From Blastocystis sp. Blastoise (lineage: Eukaryota > Protista > Bigyra: Opalinata), in contig JBBPEB010000030.1 of the NCBI GenBank assembly GCA_039096225.1, forward strand, positions 248,001-312,000: DNA of 64,000 nt, given 5' to 3'. The notes under the pieces were generated by a model. The model was not told where the DNA came from, searched no databases, and worked only from the letters and a program-made list of their open reading frames with translations. Position numbers and translations under genes: made by a program. The stretch's first letter is position 1, and every line of letters starts with the position of its first letter. Below are positions 13,801-29,000 of this stretch, piece by piece.

Positions 13801-14983
13801 GACAGTTTCATATGATAATAATGCTTATGAATATTTATTTACATTATTTATGCAATCTAGTTATATTCGTAAGAGTAATAATATGTTAGCTATAGAAATA
13901 ATACTTACTAAACAAGATACTAATTCATTTATATATGAAATGACGGCATCTTATGTATATGGTGGTCGTAGTAGTATAATTGATTATTATAATGTAACAA
14001 GTATTGCTGAAGATACTTCAAAACCTATGAAAAATGCATTTAATGGATATTATTATGATCCAGGTCGTCTTATTCAATCTGAAAATCCTATTGTTTATGT
14101 AGAATTTAGTCGTATTAATATAAGATGGAATCAATTATTTATAAGTTCAAGTGATACTGAAATTCCAAAAACTGTTTCTATTAAGGGAAGAAATACTCAA
14201 GAAGAAACATGGATTCAAATATTACCTTCTGTATTTTGATTACATATTATTATTATTATTGTTTTGATTATTATTATTTTTTATTATTATTAGTAATATA
14301 TTTATTATTATGAATGTTATTATTATTTTGATTATTTATATTTATTTTGATTATCATATTATTATTAATATTATTCTATTTGCTTTTATAAATAATCAAA
14401 AATATAAATTAATTTATATATATATATATAAATGCTACATTTTTCTTTTATTTTTCAATATAATATATTAATAATTAATTTCAATAGACTACTATAAGTT
14501 TATATGCAAATAGTAATAAGACTATTGATGTTCCATTTGGTATTGTTGGTTATAAATATATAGCTCTAGATTTTACAGATACTACTTCTAATGCTGTTGT
14601 ATCTGGTCCTTATACTATTCCTCGTCTTGCTTTTTTCTTTAAGAATTATCCTTATCCTACATGTCCTGCATTTAAGAGTTTCCCTATAGTAGGTGAAAAT
14701 ATGTATTCTTATAGATTATGTGATGTTGGTCTTGAAGGCTATGCTTCTGCTTTTTGTGATGGTATAAGATTTACGGATTTTAATTATACAAATTGTATTG
14801 AATTAAAACCTAAAAATTTAGTATATCCTCATCCTGGATATGTATTTAAATCAAATATGCTTATTGATCCTATTAAACCTACTTATTCAAATATTATTCA
14901 TTCATTTACTATTACTCCTGGTATATATTAGAATTATTATATATATATATTATATTTTAATATATATATTATATTTAGATATA

Positions 14984-15014
<31 letters not shown>

Positions 15015-15562
15015 TTATTATATTTATATATAATAATAATATATCTAAATATAATATATATTTATCTAGCTCTTCCAGAAGGTCTTGAATTTGATAGATA
15101 TACAGGTACAATTCAAGGTATACCTTTTTATATAAATGGCACAAATATCTATTCTGTAAGAGGTTATAATTCCCATGGTTCTGCAAATACTACTATTCAA
15201 ATATCTATTGAATCTGGTTATTGTAAAGAAAATCTGCCTTATGCTCAAACTAATGTTAATTCTATATTTACACAAAAATGTCCTTCTGGTTATTTTGGTA
15301 GTATTACTCGATCCTGTACTGTTAATAGTGAATCACTTGCTGAATGGGGTATTGTTAAAGAACAATGCTATAATATATATCTAATCTCTTCTATTTTCTT
15401 AGTACTTATATTAATTATTATCTTGATCACTTGTGTTATTGTTAGAAAAATTATTGCTCAAAAGAAAAAGTATGTTTAGAATATTATGTAATAATTCTAT
15501 TATTATAATAATTATATTATTATTATTATTATATTATTATAATAATTATATTATAATAATTA

Positions 15563-15594
<32 letters not shown>

Positions 15595-15730
15595 TTAATA
15601 AACAAAATAATAAATAATATATTTACATATTTATAAATATAGAGAAATGAAAGCCGCATTAAAAAAAGCTACAGGTAATGTTATATATAATAATTCAAGT
15701 GAAATTGATAATGCTGATGTCTTTATATAA
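7844..15730 (+). CDS. Large type I membrane/surface protein with repeated jelly-roll beta-sandwich modules, He_PIG-like Ig repeats, Cys-rich modules and a C-terminal TM; about 20 exons
   Basis: Signal peptide MYKLANLLLLAVIFTVVYAG; three WxxxxFDDSxW modules (~8550, ~11240, ~13350); three Ig-like motifs (ISPPLPSGYTIDPYTGGISG, ITPRLPNGVTFENRYGRITG, ITPALPEGLEFDRYTGTIQG); Cys modules; TM at ~15375-15445; short basic tail ending DVFI-stop. One donor site (~12871-12877) is ambiguous. Confidence 0.85.
10250..10350. repeat. Intronic ~20-nt minisatellite (ATATATAAATTATTTAATAA)n
   Basis: About four tandem copies inside a surface-protein intron. Confidence 0.85.
13556..13700. repeat. Intronic AT-only minisatellite (~12-nt ATATAATATAAT)
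   Basis: Tandem copies running up to the AG at 13701-13702. Confidence 0.8.
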
Positions 15731-16742
15731 AGATAAATTTTTAAAATAACTGAAAATAAAATACTATTCATTTTTATACTTTTCTTTTTCTTATATCTAT
15801 ATATTTTTATATACATATATATATTAATATTATTTTTGTATAATGATTTCTTCAATAATTTATTTTCATTATATACTTAACTATGTTTTTCTTTTCATTA
15901 ATTTTATAATACTATACTAATTCTTTTTAATAACAATAATTTTTCAACTTATCATCTTTTATTTTTCTTGTTGAAGATTTATTATATATATCTTTATAAT
16001 TACACATTAATATCTAAAAATTTCTTTTAATTGTCATTTTTTTAAATAAAAAGTCTTTTAGTTAATACACAAGAATAGCATTATTGGAAGCATGTGAATA
16101 TATATGAATATCACACTGTCATTAATAAGATTTTTTACATTTTGAAAATATTTCATTAATTACCATAAATCATTGAGTATAATCTATATATTGTAAAAAT
16201 CAAGTTAGTGACAAATAAAAATACATATTAATTACGTTTTTATTCCTAAAAATAGTCAAAGAAAAAGAAGAGTATATTCATTGGAGATGAATTCGTGTTA
16301 AAAAACTCTTTCAAAGGTTTGTACATATGTGTTGAACTTCATAGAGATATTATTTATTATAAAAAAGACATATAATGATAATCACATTTAAAAAAATAGA
16401 GACGTTTTGATATTTTGTTCTTCCCTTTTTTAATTTGAATTGAAAACTATGACATAAATGAAGGCAGTTCAAAAAACAGGTGTTTCTACTCAATAAAAAA
16501 AATGAAAATTAAAAGTGAAACGACTTCACAAAAAGATTCAGTTTCTTCATGAACAAAAATTAATGAAAAGAAGAAAATATCTCTATGAATCTAGAAAGAA
16601 TCTTGGGAATCGAATAAAAAAATAATCGCGGGTAACTTATGAATTGTATTTGATTAAAAAAACATTAAGTTCGATTCTGCCACCTTAAAATAATAATTAT
16701 AAGTGCTGTTTATAACACAAATTAATTAATTAAATATATAAT

Positions 16743-17238
16743 ATGATGCCTATAGGCTCAAGTATTTTATATGAATTTAGATTATTATTTAAATATGAAA
16801 TGTGTTTTTCTTCATCCATTTTTCTTCGATAAACCATTCTTATTTGTATGTGATTTTTCATAGATACAAATCATAACAATATACCGAATTCAAATTATGC
16901 TCAACCAAACGTAAATACGTTAACAAGACAATTTAGTGAGTCTTGGAATCAACCGTTAGGAATGGGGAACGTAACGATGCCCAATGAGTCTATGAGAGGT
17001 AATTATATTATTTTTCTAATATTAAATACTATTGTTTATAGAACTTTTTTGTTGTTCATTGTTTTCTATACTCTTATTTTTTCATCTATATAGATTCCAG
17101 AGTTCTTGAAAACCCTATTCGGATGGATCCTACAAGACAAGTATATTTTAAGTTCTATATATATTTTATTTTATCTACAATATATATATTATTATTCATT
17201 TTTTAAATTATATCTTGTACTATATTTTATTTTGTTTG

Positions 17239-17273
<35 letters not shown>

Positions 17274-20272
17274 TTTACCTAATGTTCAAGGTGCTTCAGG
17301 AATGGATCCTCGTTTATTTAAAACGTATATAAAACAAATATCTCTCTATAAATATTTTATTTTGAAATTCTATATAAATAATTATTTATAAATAAATATA
17401 TAGTCCCTATGATAATAATAGTTATCATTCTATTTCATTAACAAAAGAACGATCCATGAAGAATCCAATGCCAAAATCATTTTATAGAAGTGATGTATAG
17501 ATTGATGAATTTATTATTTTATTTATAATAATTTTTTAATTATGTATATTAGTATTTTTTTTTTAAAACTATAATGATAAAAGAAAAACAATAATAAAGT
17601 ATATATCACTATCTATATTTATAGTCTCCAAAGAATGATTCAGCTGCTGAAGAGAATAGTTTATTAGTTGCAGTAATTGATGGTCATAAATATACTGCTA
17701 CTAAATCGTATAATAAAACTCAAATACCAAAGAAATGGACAGAAGAAGAAGATGATAAATTAAGAGAAGCTGTTGAACGATATGGTGAAAAAAGATGGAA
17801 AGAAATAGCTGAATTAGTAGGTACACGTAATCATGTTCAATGTTTACAAAGATGGAATAAAGTATTAAAAGATAATTTAAAGAAAGGACATTGGACAGGA
17901 ACTGAAGATCAAATATTAAAAGATACAGTGAATGAATTATTAGAATTAAATAATCGTACTCCTCAATATAGTAAGAAGATTATAAGTTGGTCTCAAGTAG
18001 CAAGTCGTATAGAAGGACGTACTCCGAAACAATGTAGAGAAAGATGGCTGAATCATCTGGATCCATCGGTTAATAAGAAGTATATATATATTATTTACTA
18101 TTTATTATATGTTTTTTTTAAATTAAATATTTAATAATTTATTATATATTTAAAAAATTTTATTATTTAATAATTTATTATTTATTTAATATAAAATATT
18201 TAATAATTTATTATTTATTTAATATATATAATTATTTATGATAATTAATCATTTTTTTTTTAATTTATTTACCTAAATAATTATATATAGTCCATGGACA
18301 GCTGCAGAAGATGAGTTATTAGTGAAATTACATAGTCAATGGGGGAATCAATGGTCTTCTATAGCTGCTCAATTTAGTGGTAGAACACAAAATAGTGTAA
18401 AGATTCGATGGAAGACTTTAGAACGTTCTAAGCATGGTTCTTCTAATTTATATACTACATGTAGTATAGAGAATAAATCTGTAAATACTATTGATTCTAC
18501 TCCTTCTTATAATACATCTACATTAAATTCTATGATGTCTCCTTCTACTCATGGATTTAATGATACAATGAATAATTATAATATACCATCATTTATGAAA
18601 CAGAAAAGTTTTAATAATTATAATAATAATAATATGAATACATATACTAATCCTTCTAATAATCTCCCTATAGATCCAAATATGATTAATAATATGAATA
18701 TGATTAATAATATGAATATGATTAATAATATGAATATGATTAGTAGTATTCCTCAAAGACCTATGCAACCTCCAAATATAGTTAATAATCTTTCCAATCC
18801 TTATAAACAACCTCCTAGTTATATGTCTCCTATGTCTCCTTTATCACCTATGAATTTCTTACCTTCTTCTTCTGTTTATAATACAAATAATAGACCTATT
18901 CCTTATATGTCTACTCCTTCTACTCCTTCTCTTAATAATAATAATATGAATAATAATAATAATAATATGAGTAATAATAATATGAATATAAATAATAATG
19001 CTACTCCTACTGCTACTTCATCTACTCCTGCTTCTACTACTACTGGTTCTACTACTACTAATACTAATAATATGAATAATAATAATAATAATACTCTTCT
19101 TCCTACTACTACCCCTTCAAATACATATATGTCAGGTATGTCTTATCCTCCTTCTACTATGTACCCATCTATGAATATGCCTATAACTACTGTTTCTTCA
19201 AATCCTATTCCTACAGCTGCCTATCTTCAAAAAATGCCTTCTATTCATGATTTTATTAATAACTATGAAGAACAACTTGAAAAATCGAATTCTTATAATA
19301 TGATGTTTAATAATAATAGTAATATTCTAAATAATAATAATAATGAAAATAATAATTTTGGAATTCAAACAAAATCTGAAGTTTCTACTGAACAAACTAA
19401 TGATAATAGTATATCTATATATATTTATAATATTATTTTATATTTATAATATTAGTCTATTTATTACTTTTTATAATATTATTATATTTATTATTATAAT
19501 AATATTATTATAATATCCATATTTATATGACTATAATAATAATAATTATTATTATTATATATAAAGATGGTTTAAATATGACTTTACCTATGGCATTACA
19601 TTCAGAATTCAATCGAATGAACTCTCTCGGTATGGGAAACCCACTTTCATCAGCTATGAATAATGTACCTGTTTTCTTCCCTCAATCCTATGGTTATGCT
19701 AATATATTTGCTAATGATGAATCTAATAAATTATTAAATCTTGCTGACCAATCATTAGAAGAAACAATAAATACTATTCCAGATTATGCTAATGAATTAA
19801 TGCGTTTTGATCGTGGATATGGTACGGAGTACAATAGTGAAATGGATACGTTACCTATTAATTTAGATACTTCTGCTCCTTCTCCTTCTCCTTCTACTAC
19901 TACTAATAATACTAATAATACTAATAATAGTTCTTCTCAAATTACTGAACCTTCTGATATATCTATACCTACTACAAATATCTCCTTTTCATCACTTCCT
20001 CTTACTACAAATACTAATAGAACTAGTACTACTGTTAAAATAGAAAATAATACTCTATCTACATCTATTCCTAATACTAATAATAATAAATTAAATAATA
20101 ATAATGAAAATACTACTAATAATAATAATAATAATGGTTCTAGTACTACTACAAATACTACTACTCCTGCTACTACTAATAATAGTAATACTATAAATAA
20201 ATATATATTAGAACCAACATCATCTACACAAACATCTTCTATTGCTGTTCCTTCAACAGATATACCAATATC

Positions 20273-20318
<46 letters not shown>

Positions 20319-20384
20319 GATTTACCTACAGATACTTTGGATATAAAACCAGATGAACAACCACAACTTCATACTCTTGGTTAA
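16743..20384 (+). CDS. Three-repeat (R1R2R3) Myb transcription factor, 8 exons
   Basis: KWTEEEDDKLREAVERYGEKRWKEIAELVGTRNHVQCLQRWNKVL; KGHWTGTEDQIL...SWSQVASRIEGRTPKQCRERWLNHLDP; PWTAAEDELLVKLHSQWGNQWSSIAAQFSGRTQNSVKIRW; N/S/T/P-rich C-terminus. All introns are GT-AG. Confidence 0.92.
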
Positions 20385-21301
20385 ATTATATATATATATA
20401 TTCTTTATTGTTTTTCAATTTTTTTTCTTTTTTTTTATTATCCAACAACTTTCGTGGAACTGTTTTATTTATTGTTGTAATCTAGGTGTTGAACTATATG
20501 CAATTTATAACTATTATATTATATATACAATTTATGGTATAATAATCAATATATATTTTATCTATATATTGCTGTTGAATTCATTATATATATATACATA
20601 TAAAATTATTTTTTTTTAATTATATTATTTCTTTTTAAACAATCTATTTTTTTTTTGCTTCTACTGTTTTTCTAGATAGGTCTTTCTTTTGTACTAATTC
20701 TTCTATTAGTATATATGTATTTTTTGTTTGTTTTGTTTTATTACAATAATATATAAATATATATATCATTGAAATCAATATGATGATTCTTATAATATTA
20801 TTTTTTATTTATATACTTTAAAAGGCATCCTATTGATTGAGTAACATATTATTCTATTTAATAGCAATTTGAACAATGAAATTGTATTTTATAAAATAAG
20901 TAAAAAAAAAAACAAACAAACAAACAAACAAACAAGAATTCTTACTGACATAGAAAAAAATAACAATTAAAAAGAATGATAGTATCCGTGCAATAAAAGC
21001 AAAAACTTGCATAAATAATATGGAAAATAAATTATATAAATAGATAAAAAAATGAAAACACAAAGAGTTATTCAAAGAAAACTGAATTTCAAAATAACAC
21101 GACAGAAAGTTGATTCATATAAAGAAAATATATTTGAAAAAGAAATGTAAATATATTTGGAAAAAAAGAATTAAAAATAATAGTTGAATAAAATAAATTT
21201 ACAAAATATGATATATATATATAGATTGATTGATTGATATACTATAAAAAGTGAAGCATATATAAAGAAATATATATATAATAAAAGAATAGTACTAATA
21301 T

Positions 21302-21995
21302 TTATGACTTTTTAGAATTACTTTTGAATAATCCTTTAAATAAAGATAACGAATTCGTTTTTTTATCATTATTATTTTTATTATTCGTGTCATTATCTTC
21401 ATTTTCTTTAGTATTTTTAGTAGGGAATATTTGATGTATTCTATTATACATTTGACGATCTAATTTACTTCCCATTTTTTTAGGTTTCACTTGTTCTGTA
21501 GAGGGGAATGGAAGATGATCTGCATCAACAAAATAAGGATCTTCTGAAAATGATCTTAATAAGCCTGAATCAAATTGACTATCGATAGATATATTACTTG
21601 TATTTAATGGTGTAGTAGATATATCATTAGTAGTTTTATAATCAAATGAAATAGAATTTGATTCTTTTCTTAATATATAAGGTTTAGCTTTTGCTATGAG
21701 TGGTCTTTTCTCTTTTAATATAGGATTTGATTCTATATCTTCTGAATAACAAGTAGAATATATAATATGCTCTCCTTCCTCTAATGAATTATTTAAGGAA
21801 TCTACAGTATATATATTATTATTATTATTATTATTATCTGAAATCTTGTTATTATTATTATTATTAGTATTTTCAGTTGTAGAAGAAGAGATTGAAGGGA
21901 ATATAGGAAGAGAAGGAATCGATCGATTTGGAGTTATTTTATATATTGAATTATTATTATTGTTATTATTATTATTATTATTATTATCTGAAATC

Positions 21996-22029
<34 letters not shown>

Positions 22030-24214
22030 CTGAAATCTTGTTATTATTATTATTATTACTATTATTATTGTTATTAATATTAATATTATTATCAATATTT
22101 GTATTTCCTTTAGAACTTGATTTATTTATAGTAATAGGTAACAACGGTTGTAAACTATTGGATCGTCGTGCTGTATATTTATTATGTATAAATATATTTT
22201 CATTCTCTTTTTCCTTTAATTTTAATGTATCTTTCTTTATTTTCTTGAGTTTATTTGATTTCTTAGTTCTATATTCATTATTATTAGAATCATTACTATC
22301 AGAATCTGAATTTGAATCATAATAATCATTTATAAATAATTGTTTATCTTGATTTGAATATAATATAACATTCTTATTATTTTTATTATTAGATATATTA
22401 GCATTATTTATATTTAATTGTTTTCTCTTATATTCAGATAAAGGTATTGATTCATTTAATTGATTTGTAGATATATCTTTAGTATTTGAAGTAGTATATT
22501 CACTATATATATCTAAAGAAGAATGCGACTCATTTCTACCTACAGATGAAGATCTTATTTTTGAAGATATAGAATTATGATTAGAATATACATTATTATC
22601 TTGATTATTATATTTATTATTCATATTTATATTTTGAATATCATTATTTTTATTAGAAATAGACATTTCATTCTTTATAATAGTCGAATTTGTTTTTGAA
22701 ACTGAACTTGATCGTCTTCTTAATGTAAAATCAATTTCATTATAATTTTGATTCTGTACTAATTCATAATTCTCTTTTGTAATTCCTCGTTCGTCTAAAC
22801 TATTTCTACGAATAGTTAATACTTCTGGTTCTTCAATATATTCATTATTATTATCATTTTCATTATTTTTATTATTTCTTTCTTTATTATTATTATCATT
22901 TTTGTTATTATTTTCTTTATTCTTATTATTATTATTAGACATATCTTTCTCTTTTATATCCTTATTTATATTCTTATTACTATTAATATAATTATGATTA
23001 TTATAATAATTATTATTATATTCATTATCTCTAGATAATTTTGAAGCAGAAGAATTACGTCGAAGAGGAGCAGGAGAAGAAGCAAGTGGTTTTGGAATAA
23101 TAAGAGGAGAATGATTAATATCTGTAGATGTAGATATAGATGGATAAGTAGATAATGGATGATGAATACCCATAGAATTTGATATAGTATTATTAGAAGG
23201 TATTATATTTGAAGTAACTAATTTTAATGAATGAGGACGAGTACTAGAAAAGTGTTGTCTAAAGGATGTTACTGTAGGAATAGCTATTTCTTTATCTTTA
23301 CCTATTGAATCTGATATAGTATTTGTAGATTTCATATTATTATTTATTGAATCAGGAATAAAAGTTGCAGGTGATGGTGATAACGAAGGAGATGAAGATA
23401 TAGATATATGTTTTTGACGATTATAACAACTATTAGCAATACCAACACGAGAAGAAAGAAGTGACATAGATGAAATTGAGGATGCTCTTGTAGTTGATAT
23501 AGGATTTTTAGTATCTTTATTATCTTTATTATTAGAAGATTTTGTTAGAGATGGAGGAGTAGTTATAATAGAAGCTATATTGTTCATTTCTTTATTAGAA
23601 GAAGAAATATTCTTGTCTTTTATAATTGTATTACTTTGGTTTTGAATTTGATTATTCTTATCAACATTATTATTCAATATTCTATTATTATTTTTATTAT
23701 TAGGTATTTTATTATGTATTAAATAATCTTCTTGATCAAGTGGAGATAGTAATGGTTCTTCAATAATTTCATTTGATTCTTGAAGTGAAGGTGATAATGA
23801 ACGATTCTTATTCTTATTACATTCTTTTGTTGATATTACTTTCATTGATTTATTAGAATGATAAATAGGTATAGCTTTATCATTCATATTCTTTTGATTA
23901 TTTAATTGAGTGTTATATATAGAATCCTCTTTCAATATAGTAGATTGTTTAGTGGATAAAATAGTTTTTCCAGATTGTGTATTTATAATATCATTCTTAT
24001 TATTTATTAATGATGATATTGTTGAAGGAGTTGTGATATTAGAGTTAGTCGTAGAGTTAATAGTAGAATTAACAGTAGAATTAGTAGTAATTGAAATAGC
24101 TTGATTATTATTTATATAAGTACTAGTTAATTGTATAGGTTTATCAATTTGAGAAGAATTAGTACTAGATTTAATATTTGAATTCATACCAGATGGTTGT
24201 AGTTGAATAGATGA

Positions 24215-24261
<47 letters not shown>

Positions 24262-24403
24262 TATTATTTATAGTTATATTTCTATTTATAGAATTATTAT
24301 CACTAGAAATTGATTTATGTGCTGAAACTGAAGATACAGGAGTAGAAGATCGACTAATACCAATACGATTCTTATAAACAGGATTAGAAGATACTAATGA
24401 TGA

Positions 24404-24437
<34 letters not shown>

Positions 24438-26012
24438 GAAACAGACGAAGGGATATTTATAGTATCTTGTTTTGAATTAATGACAGAATTATCATTATGT
24501 ATATTATTATTCTTAGAAGAAATAGAGGATGATTGTTGACTAATAATAGATGGTTTTGCAAGTATTTCTTCATTAGCATGAATTGTTTCTTTATTTTCAA
24601 CAGAAGCAGTATTAGATATAGTAGAATCTTTTGAAGATATATTTTGCTTTATTATATCTTTCGATATATTTTTAATAGAAGTTGTATTCGAAGAAATATT
24701 CATATCATTAATAGGTGTAGAAAGAGAACTTGTATTATCATTTGTTGCTAATGATTTTATTGAAGTAACTTTAGGTATATACAATTTTTTATTATTAGAT
24801 GGAATAGATGTCTTTATACTATTATTGGTTGACATATCATTTGTATTAGAATTATATGTATTAATAGAAGAAGGTGTTTTTCTTTGAATATCAAGATTAT
24901 TATTTATTTCTTTATTAAGATCTTTAGTTAGAGACATAGAAATAGGTTGCAATGATTTATCTGTAGATTTTAATATATTTTCAGATTTTGAATCAGATTG
25001 TTTTGTATCTTTTTCTTTCTTATCATTCTTCTTTTTATTACGTAACATATTCGAACTACGTGGGAATCCAAGATAAGGAGGGAAAACACTAATAGAATCT
25101 AATGCATTTCCTAATGCTAATAAATCATTGCTATTATTATTATTATTACGATTTATAGAATAATTATCATTTTGATTATTGATTCTAGCTGACTGTTGTT
25201 GATAGTTATTCATAGCAGAATCATTTGAGAAATATACATGATTTGAAGGATAGTGACTAGATGAATTATAGTTATTATTTGTATCAATAGTTCTATCCAT
25301 TGGAGTCATAAATAATTGAGATTCACGGGAAATTGTCTTTTCTACAAAAGGTATATTTGAACTCATACAATTATTATTATTATTATTATTGTTATTATTA
25401 TTGTTATTGTTATTATAAAAATCATTACATTCCATTGTCATTTCTTGATTCTTCATTCTAATTGATTGTTTATTAGAGTTAATACTTTGTTGAATGAAAT
25501 CATTTTGATTATTATCAGGTTCATAACGATTCTGAAGTCTACTAGAAATAGGTTGAAGTGTATAATTATTTTGATAAGATACTTTAGGAAGTGAAGGAGG
25601 CGATATAGATGGAGATAAAAAGGATGGCATACTTATATTATTATTATTATTATTGTTATAATTATCATTCATATTATTATCATTTTCATTCATATTATTA
25701 TCATTCATATTATTATCATTCATATTATTATTATCATTATTATTATTATTATTACTATTCATATCAAGTTGAATAGTAGGATATTGATTAATATCTAATG
25801 TCATACAACTATCTTTAGAAGAACGAAGTTGATTTGATTTAGTATTATATTGAAAATGATTATTTTGATTAATTTCAGAATGACAAGGTGATACACAAGG
25901 AAGTAAATCTAAATCAACTGCAGGTATAGAACTATCTTCAGGAGATAAAATAGGAGAAAAAGGTAATAGACTCATTTCAGATATATATTGATTATTATTA
26001 TTATCAATATTA

Positions 26013-26046
<34 letters not shown>

Positions 26047-29000
26047 TATGAATAGAATAATCATCACTACTACTATTATCTATACTTACATCATTCTTAT
26101 CTTCAATATGATCATTACTTAGAATCATATGATTATATATATCTTGTAGATTAATACCATTATCTAAGAAATCATTATTAAGTTGGTCATATTGATTAAC
26201 TAATAATTCTAATTCATTTGATGATAATTGACTTAAATAATCAAATACTTCAGATTCAAATATTTCTGGACTAAATTCAGAAACATTACCACCTAAATTA
26301 GAAGGATATAATTTTGATATTATTAATTTGATATTATTATATATACTTTGTAATTGTGTTGATAAGAATTGAATAAATTCATTGAAAATATTCTCATTAT
26401 TATTATGAACATGACCACCTATAATAAAAGAATATAATTGTGATATTATTAATTTGATTATAGTAAATATACTTTGAAATTTAATCTCAGGTTCATGATA
26501 CCCATTGATCAAACTTGAATTCTTCATTGAACCACCAATATGAAATCCACTTACACCAGTACCCATAAATAGATCTAAAATACGAGGTATTATATCTCTT
26601 TTAGAAGCTATAGGATTATAATAATTAGGAAGTTGATTATTATTAACAGTTGCAGCGCCTATAGTTGATAAAATAGGATTTTCATTTGGCATTGAATTAA
26701 TAAATTTCTTAACATTTGATTTAGATCGATTTTTATTATTTGGTTCTTCATGTTCTTCATCATAATTCATGATTGATTCTATTGGATTACCATATGTATT
26801 CAATAAATAATCCATATTATCTACTAAGTGATCAGACTCATTATTATGATTACTCTTATTATTATGTTTATTTTTATTATGACTAGGATACTCATCATGT
26901 TCTAAATGTGATTTGTATGATTCTGGATAATAATTATAACGTATATGACGTGAATTTGTTGTATTATCGATTATAATCTTAGATCCAGCTCTATAATAGC
27001 CATCCATTTCAATATCAGAAGAAGAAGAAGAAAATCTCATATCGTTGACAGTATAATCATATGTATTTGAGTCTTCAATAGTCATTGTTGACTGAGAACC
27101 AGTAGAAGAAGAGATATTCTCCATACAATAAGACATCAAATAATCATATACATTATGATCAGTATAATCTTTAACTTTATCTGTAACAATAGAACCTTGG
27201 AGCATAATCGTAGAACTACATAAATAACGAAGATATTTATCAATTATAGTTTTAAGTTTATCAGTATTTTGAGGTTCAGATAAAACAGAAGCTTCTGATG
27301 ATTCCAACAAATCTATTTTTATTATATTACATAAACAAGAACCAATAATATTACCTAATCTATCTTCATCTATATCATTAAGATTATGCATTTGGAAATA
27401 ATCAACTAAACTATTACAAAACATAAATTTCCTAAGATGTTCATACATGATTCTAAAACTATTATTTGAAATATTATTAGGATCCATCTTAATTTTATTT
27501 TTAATTAAATATCGAATAATAAAACAGATACAAAGTTCTAATTCTTTAACATCATGATGAGGTATATATTTATATTCTTCACATGTAGTTTCTGGTCCTT
27601 GAGCAAGACGAATAGGTTCTGATGAATATAAATCATCAGCTATTGTTATAAGACAACTTGGAATAATACTATGAGATATTCTAGGAGAATACTTATGATT
27701 AGGAATAATAATATGATTTCTATTTTTATGAACAATTCTTTGATTAGATGATTGAATATTAGGTTGCTTAGAAGAAATAGATGTAGCAGGTTGTTTAGTA
27801 GGAATAGATGTAGTAGGTTGTTTAGTAGGAATAGATGTATTACGTTGTTTAGTAGGAATAGATACAGAATTCTCGGACTCTAAAGAAGGAATACTGTCTT
27901 TTAAAGAGGAAGGAATAATATCAAGAGAATAAGGAGTACTAGATTTAGAAGACACTCTAGGTAGAACAGATCTAGAAGATGGAGGACGAATAGAAGATGA
28001 AACAGTTTTAGAAGATGTAGTATGAATAGGTTCTGAAGATTCTTTAGTAGAAATTGTATTTATAGGTTTTTCAGGAGATATAATACTTCTATCTTCTTGA
28101 GGAGAAGTAATAAATTTTGCAACACTAATTGATTTTGCTGAGAATACAGGAGCCATAGATCGACTAGATTTTATAGATGGATTAGGTTCTTTAGATGGAG
28201 TCGATGTAAATGTTGGACGAATATAATTAGGAGTACCACAAAATGCAGGAATATCACGCAAAATAGATTGATTTGATTCTACAGATGATATTGATTTTAA
28301 AGGTTCTTTAGGAGAAATAGATATATCTATTTCTTTAGGAGGAGAAATAGATCTATTCATTAATATAGTGGGAGAAGGAACAGATTTATTCATTAACTTA
28401 GGAGAAGGAATAGATCTCTGTATTTCTTTAGTAGGAGAAATAGATCTATTCATTAGCATAGGATGAAGAATAGATCTACTCATTTCACTAGGAGGAGAAA
28501 TAGATCTAGAAAATAATAATGGAGTAGAAGACTGTGTATTTGAATTCATTATTTCTTTTTCAGGAGATGAAGTTAATAACTGTTGTGATACAATATGATT
28601 TTCATTTGTATTTTCTATAGATAATTTAGATTCATTACTAGGGGATGATTGAGTATTATTGTTAGTTATAGAGGATTCTATATTTCTAGATTGATTTTCT
28701 GTAATACACACTGAAGGCATGGCCATAAGTGATGTAAAATATGATGATATTGGTATATCATTAGTAACTGAATTTATATTATTAGGTGTAGATGTTAAAG
28801 TATACATTAAATGATTATTATTTATATCATTTTGTTGTTCAATTTCTATAGTATTATTAGTATTAGTATCATTAATCATAGAAATATTACATTCATTTGA
28901 AGGAGAATAATAATTAAAATAATCTGAAGTATCATTATATACATTCGTCTTAGGAGCAGATATAAAGGAATAATTGTGGTTTGTATCTTTTAATTCATTT

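Noticed and set aside
20700-20940. TGTTTGTT-like motifs suggesting Blastocystis-style stop codons created by polyadenylation
   Set aside because: The motifs occur in 3' regions (~20725 on +, ~20911-20934 and ~59540 on -), but every gene reconstructed here has a genome-encoded stop well upstream. No poly(A)-completed stop is needed.
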